A stretch of 39,203 nucleotides of DNA from a virus (lineage: Duplodnaviria; Caudoviricetes), in IMG/VR virus record IMGVR_UViG_3300031949_000097, positions 1-39,203 of that record, one strand, 5' to 3'. Positions 34,753-39,203 of the stretch are shown piece after piece (within the stretch, counting starts at the first letter, position 1; each line of letters starts with the position of its first letter). The notes under the pieces were generated by a model. The model ran no database searches. It worked only from the letters and a program-made list of their open reading frames with translations, and was not told the DNA's origin. Position numbers and translations under genes: made by a program.

Positions 34753-36810
34753 TCATGAATCCACGACGATGTCGCACGAGCAAAAATTGTGCAGGGGGGG
34801 GTGCCCTATATTGTCGGATGGCGTGAGCGGTCCATCGGTGCCCTCGCCCCCGTCGACGCCCTGGCCGGCGTTGACGAAGTTCTGCTGCACGCCCGCCACC
34901 TTGCCATCGAGCGAGGCGCAGAACGGACAGGCGTCGGGGTTGGCAACCCACCGCAGCACCGTCACGCCGGCGACGACGTAGAGCGTCTTCGCTGCCGCCC
35001 CCATGAACTGGACCGACTCGTTCATGGCGATCTTGCCGGGCCGCTTCTCGCCCCACTCATCGAGCCGCCCCTGCAGCGCCGCGGCCGCCTCCTCCTCCCC
35101 CTGCGACTCGAACTCGTCGATGAGGGCCAGGAGCTGCTGGCGCCCCTCCGAGGCCTCGCGGATGCCGAAGCGCTTCACGTATTCGACGGAGAGTTTCTCG
35201 AGCTCGGGCGACATCTCATCCTTCGGCTCGGCGCCAAGCTCCTCGGCGATGGCGGCCTCGATCAGCGCAGCGTATGCCAACAGGATCGGCTGCATCTTAC
35301 CGGCTGCCCAGGCCCCGTGCGTGTCGTAGAAATCCTCGATGGCCCGGCGCATCTCTGGCAGGCTGCGGCGGCCGCGGGCGTCGGGATTGAGGTGCTGCTT
35401 CAGCTCCTTCTCGATCGCCCCGATTTCGCGTCGGACGATCGTGGCGGCCCGGTCCTCGATGACCGGGCGCTGGGCCTTGCGGATCTTCCGGCGCAGCCTC
35501 AGGCCGCGCGCGCGGATCGTGCCGGCCGGCCTGGCGGCGCGCCGGGCGGGCCCGGCGTCCTTCGGCGGCGCCGGCGGGGCCTCGTTGGTGCCGATCTGAT
35601 CGGCCGGCATCATGTTGAACGGCACCAGGTAGATATCCCCCTGCGGGCCCAGATCGGGAAGATTCTCGAGGTCGCGGACGTCGTTGGCCGAGAAGAAGCC
35701 CCACTGCCGGCCGATTGAATAGAAGGTCCCGCGCGTGGACGTGTCGCCTCGCATCAGACCCTGGAGGGCAAACTCAATGAAAAGCCCCTTCGCACGTTCC
35801 TCCTCTGTCAGGAGCTTCCGGTTCAGCTCCTGTTCCCAGCAGACGACCCAGGGCATGAGGTCGTCGATCACATGCGCCAGGGACGTGTGCTCCACATTGG
35901 TGAAGGTCGCGCGGGAATAGTCGTAGACCTTGTGCGGGTTGACCCCCATGTAGCGGCAGACGTCGAGGACGTTGGCGTTCCTGCTTTCCAGCCACTGGCC
36001 CTCCTCGGGCTTGATGCCGATCTCCTTCCATTCCCAGCCCCTCGGGAACACCGCCGGCGTGTGCCAGTTCTCGGAACCGCCAACGGACTCCTCCCACCCG
36101 GCGCGGACGTTCTTGCGTTTCTCCGCGTCCACATTCGGATAGGGCGTCTGGATGACGCCGGGGATCCGGCCGCCACGCTTGAAGACAGTGGTCCCATACT
36201 TCTGAAGCGAGAGGCCGTGGCCGATACCCTCGCGCGCGGCCGACAGCACCGACATGCCTTTCACCCCATCGAAGCCCATGCCCGGGAAGTGGAGCATCTC
36301 CGACGATTCCCACGGCTCCGGCCTGCCCCCGGAGAGCCGCACTTGATAGAGCAGCGACCCGTCGTCGCTGACCTCCGGATCGACGCGTACGGCGGGAATC
36401 GGCCACAGCTCCCGGATGCGTCCGCCGCGGTCGCGCCGGATGATGGAGTAGCCGTTCCCCTGCAGGACGAGGTTGGCCTGGATGATGCGCCGGAAGTCGA
36501 AGGAGCTGTGCCGCGGGTTGGGCGCGAGATGCAGGAGCTCCGAGAGCGGATGGTCCGTGACGCGGAGCCGGCCGCGCGGCTGTTGCCGCTGCATGACGAA
36601 CAATGGCAGGACGCCCATGCCGTCGGAGAGGACGCGCACGCAGCGCCAGACCGTCGACAGGCGGACGGACGTCGCCTGGCTGACGGGCATGCCGCTGTCC
36701 GAGATGCCGCCCCCGGACCATTCGGAGATCCACCGGGCCATGTCGGTGCCGTCGGTCTCGATGGAGCGGCGCCCGAGCGAGAAGTCGAAGGCCCTGGCGA
36801 GCATGCCCAT
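34753..36810 (-). CDS. HK97-family portal fused to a Mu gpF/SPP1 gp7-like minor head domain
   Basis: VWRCVRVLS...LP, PNP, L.GNGY, EMLHF.G.GFDG.KG.S, TFTNVE, NDVRDLENL; C-terminal RWVANPDACPFCASLDG...PPLHNFCSC. Confidence 0.92.
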   Translation of the reverse strand: MGMLARAFDFSLGRRSIETDGTDMARWISEWSGGGISDSGMPVSQATSVRLSTVWRCVRVLSDGMGVLPLFVMQRQQPRGRLRVTDHPLSELLHLAPNPRHSSFDFRRIIQANLVLQGNGYSIIRRDRGGRIRELWPIPAVRVDPEVSDDGSLLYQVRLSGGRPEPWESSEMLHFPGMGFDGVKGMSVLSAAREGIGHGLSLQKYGTTVFKRGGRIPGVIQTPYPNVDAEKRKNVRAGWEESVGGSENWHTPAVFPRGWEWKEIGIKPEEGQWLESRNANVLDVCRYMGVNPHKVYDYSRATFTNVEHTSLAHVIDDLMPWVVCWEQELNRKLLTEEERAKGLFIEFALQGLMRGDTSTRGTFYSIGRQWGFFSANDVRDLENLPDLGPQGDIYLVPFNMMPADQIGTNEAPPAPPKDAGPARRAARPAGTIRARGLRLRRKIRKAQRPVIEDRAATIVRREIGAIEKELKQHLNPDARGRRSLPEMRRAIEDFYDTHGAWAAGKMQPILLAYAALIEAAIAEELGAEPKDEMSPELEKLSVEYVKRFGIREASEGRQQLLALIDEFESQGEEEAAAALQGRLDEWGEKRPGKIAMNESVQFMGAAAKTLYVVAGVTVLRWVANPDACPFCASLDGKVAGVQQNFVNAGQGVDGGEGTDGPLTPSDNIGHPPLHNFCSCDIVVDS

Positions 36811-36811
36811 G

Positions 36812-37021
36812 TCAGGCTCCCCGCGGCGCGGAGCCGCGTGTTCCGATCAGGACGAGGGCGACGCCGAGTAGGATGAGGCCGGCGCCAGGGTGGAAGAGCC
36901 ATGCCCCGGCCGAGGCGCTCGCGATGCCGAGCGCCACGAGAATGTCGGGCACCGCGTGGGCCGGCCGCGCGGGCGCCACTTCAGAGGGGCTCGATTCGGG
37001 CATCCTCGATTCTCCCCTCAC
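36812..37021 (-). CDS. Small membrane protein between terL and portal
   Basis: DILVALG...GAWLFHPGAGLILLGVALVLIG, typical at this position in HK97-like phages; start uncertain. Confidence 0.7.
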   Translation of the reverse strand: MRGESRMPESSPSEVAPARPAHAVPDILVALGIASASAGAWLFHPGAGLILLGVALVLIGTRGSAPRGA

Positions 37022-38663
37022 TCACCAGGGCGCGCGCCAGCGCCATGACGAGAGCGACTATACCATCTATCCGTTCTCGGCTTTTCCCCTTGCTGGGCTT
37101 CCAGTTGTCATAGGCGTCCTTCTCCAGCGTCACATTGTCGGCGCACCAGTTCAGGACCGGGTGTCCGCCATGCCGAATCTGCCGACGGCGGTAGAGGACG
37201 TCGAGCGCCTTCACCGCCGGAGACATCGCTCCCTTGGACTGCTGCATGCGCAGCACCGCAAAGCCGTCTTCCTGGTCGAGCTCGGTCAAGAGCTTGTGGG
37301 CGTTATACGGGTCGACCGCCACTTCCTGGATGAAATAGTCCTGACCCAGCTCGTTCAGCCGTCTCCGGATCAGGCTGTGGTCCACGGCGTTTCCCTCCGT
37401 GGCGATGAGGGCCCCGTCGTCGCGCCAGACCTCATAGGGAACACGGTCCTTCCTCGAGCGGATCCGGATGCCCTCCTCCGGGCACCAGAAGAACGGCAGG
37501 ACGTCGTAGGCCGTGAGCGGGTCGCCGTATTCCCAGCCCGACACCGCGGCGGCGCCGGGGTGGGTCTCGACCTCGGACTCCGACGGATAATCTGGATCGT
37601 CGGCCTTGATGCTCGAGTCGAACAGCAGCACGAGGGCCGATAGGTCGGTCGTCGTCGACAGGTCGAGCCCGGCGTAGCAGGCCCGTCCCTTCAGGGCCGC
37701 GGCCATGGCTTTCCAGTGAAGCGGCCCAGCGCAGGCCTCCCATTTCTCGGCGTCGATCCATCGCACCGCCTGGTTCAGCCATTCGTTCAGCCGCAGCCGG
37801 CGGAAGGTGTTCTGGAACGCCGGCGACTCCTTCGCCTCCCGGTACTGCTGCTCGAAATCGTCGACCTTGACCGACACGCCCCAGTTCGGGTTGACGCGCT
37901 CCCAGACCTTGGGGTCCTCCCAGTCGTCACCCTTCTGGATGCCGTAGATCACCGGTAGGAACGTGTCGTCCTCGACGAGCCCGTCGCGGACGGCGATCGC
38001 CTTGTCGTACATCTCGCCGCACAGGGTCTTCTTGTTGTAGCCGGCGGTGGTCATCGCGACGATGACGGGCTGTCGCCGGGCGGCGACGCCGGTGCGCACC
38101 GTGTCCCACATCTCGCGGTTGTCCTGGACGTGGAGCTCGTCGAAGAAGATTCCGTGCGGGTTGAGCCCGTGCTTGGATGGAACGTCGGCGCTGAGGACGC
38201 GGTAATAGGAGAGCGTCGACCTGACGAAGAGCTCGCGCTTCAGGATCAGGGTGCGGGCGTTCAGCTCGGGGCTCAGCTCCACCATCTTCTTTCCCTGGTC
38301 GAAGACGATGTTGGCCTGGTCCCGATCGCCAGCGAGGCTGTAGACCTCCGCACCGGACTCGCCGTCCGTATAAAGAACGTCGAGGGCGAGCCCGGCGGCG
38401 AAGGTGCTCTTGCCGTTCTTCTTGGGCACGAAGAGGAAGAGCGTACGAAAACGTCTCAGCCCGTCGGCGATGCGCTTCCAGCCGAAGAACGCCCTGACGA
38501 TGGACGACTGCCACGCCGCCAGCTCGTAGGCCTGGCCGGCCCACTCGCCCTTCGTGTGCCGGAGGAATCGCGGGAAGAAGGCGCATGCCAGCTCGGCGGC
38601 CGCGCCGTCGAACCAGTACTTCGGTGGGGCTTTACGCTGGGGTCTTGCGGCCGCGGCGCTCAC
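36981..38663 (-). CDS. terL: Terminase large subunit
   Basis: HTKGEWAGQAYELAAWQ, VPKKNGKST Walker A, FFDELH Walker B, TTAG, GLDLSTTTDLSA, RIDGIVALVMA; GTG 38663 is the likely start. Confidence 0.96.
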   Translation of the reverse strand: MSAAAARPQRKAPPKYWFDGAAAELACAFFPRFLRHTKGEWAGQAYELAAWQSSIVRAFFGWKRIADGLRRFRTLFLFVPKKNGKSTFAAGLALDVLYTDGESGAEVYSLAGDRDQANIVFDQGKKMVELSPELNARTLILKRELFVRSTLSYYRVLSADVPSKHGLNPHGIFFDELHVQDNREMWDTVRTGVAARRQPVIVAMTTAGYNKKTLCGEMYDKAIAVRDGLVEDDTFLPVIYGIQKGDDWEDPKVWERVNPNWGVSVKVDDFEQQYREAKESPAFQNTFRRLRLNEWLNQAVRWIDAEKWEACAGPLHWKAMAAALKGRACYAGLDLSTTTDLSALVLLFDSSIKADDPDYPSESEVETHPGAAAVSGWEYGDPLTAYDVLPFFWCPEEGIRIRSRKDRVPYEVWRDDGALIATEGNAVDHSLIRRRLNELGQDYFIQEVAVDPYNAHKLLTELDQEDGFAVLRMQQSKGAMSPAVKALDVLYRRRQIRHGGHPVLNWCADNVTLEKDAYDNWKPSKGKSRERIDGIVALVMALARALVSEGRIEDARIEPL

Positions 38664-39150
38664 CGCCGGGCGTCTTCGGCGCGGGCGCCGGCCGCGGCCC
38701 GAAGAACCTCTCGTCGCTGTCCGGGTCCTCTTCACCCTCCGCCACCTCCGCGCGGGAGCGCATCGCCGGCGATAGCCCGAACTCGGCCCCGAACTTCCGC
38801 ACATGCTCTCTGGCCTGGCGAGCGATCAGGACGGCTGGATGGGCGATGGCCGTGCCGCCCACGCCCATCTGCGTGCGCCCCTCGCGCGCGACCGTGTCTT
38901 CGGCCCATTCCAGATCGCTGAGGGCCTGGCACAGGCAGGCGAGCGCCGATCGGTCGAGCTCGGTCAGGAGGCCCAGGCGCCGCAGCATCGGCGCGATCTG
39001 TCGCCAGTGCACCTTGGTGCTGGGGCTCAGCCAATCCGGGCAGCGCGCGCCAAGGGTCGGCTTCAGGCGACGCTTGGGCAGCCGCCGCTTGCCGGGGTTG
39101 CCGCGGAGGATCTTGAGTTCCAAGGGGATGGGCGGTGGTCCCGGGCGCAT
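38632..39150 (-). CDS. terS: Terminase small subunit, P27 family
   Basis: GPPPIPLELKILRGNPGKRRL, PDWLS, LLTELDRSALA, HPAV, EFGLSPAMRSR. Confidence 0.93.
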   Translation of the reverse strand: MRPGPPPIPLELKILRGNPGKRRLPKRRLKPTLGARCPDWLSPSTKVHWRQIAPMLRRLGLLTELDRSALACLCQALSDLEWAEDTVAREGRTQMGVGGTAIAHPAVLIARQAREHVRKFGAEFGLSPAMRSRAEVAEGEEDPDSDERFFGPRPAPAPKTPGGERRGRKTPA

Positions 39151-39171
39151 GCTGATCTGCTCCGGCAACAG

Positions 39172-39181
39172 ATTGTATCAA
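39172..39181 (-). promoter_or_regulatory. Putative late promoter element TTGATACAAT (copy 1)
   Basis: Extended -10 TGnTACAAT 21 nt upstream of the terS ATG; identical 10-mer upstream of the protease gene. Confidence 0.65.
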
Positions 39182-39203
39182 CCTGCGGCCGCGCGCGCGC
39201 GCC

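Noticed and set aside
34574-34756. 60-aa ORF between portal and protease
   Set aside because: It has ATGA overlaps but no recognisable features and contains the repeated TTGATACAAT promoter-like element; left unannotated as ambiguous.

Overview
The window looks like an essentially complete (~39.2 kb, roughly 70% GC by eye) temperate siphovirus genome with an HK97-like head module, linearised at or next to its cos site: a cos-type HNH gene ends at the left edge and the small terminase starts at the right edge. Nearly all genes are on the minus strand. Reading right to left: terS, terL, portal fused to a Mu gpF-like domain, prohead protease, capsid, neck and tail genes, tape measure, tail tip, a signal-peptide-bearing beta-helix spike-like protein, M15 endolysin, holin-like genes, a sigma-70 factor, an outer-membrane beta-barrel (implying a diderm host), a tyrosine integrase, attP, a ~750 bp hairpin-rich region, and an early/replication operon (DUF6745-like repeat protein and partner, MmcB-like nuclease, replication initiator, split ParB, HNH, HerA-like ATPase, RusA). 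The most unusual part is the lysogeny region. I see no CI/Cro-type repressor. attP carries the 5' half of a tRNA-Arg(ACG) with its own promoter. Copies of the att core-type motif GCGTCGGA recur at a pseudo-att palindrome and in the int promoter. A 341-codon ORF, coupled by GTGA overlaps at both ends, runs from the int stop across attP to the first early gene. Together these suggest a repressor-less, integration-dependent switch (hypothesis). Family assignments come from motif recognition only; no searches were run.
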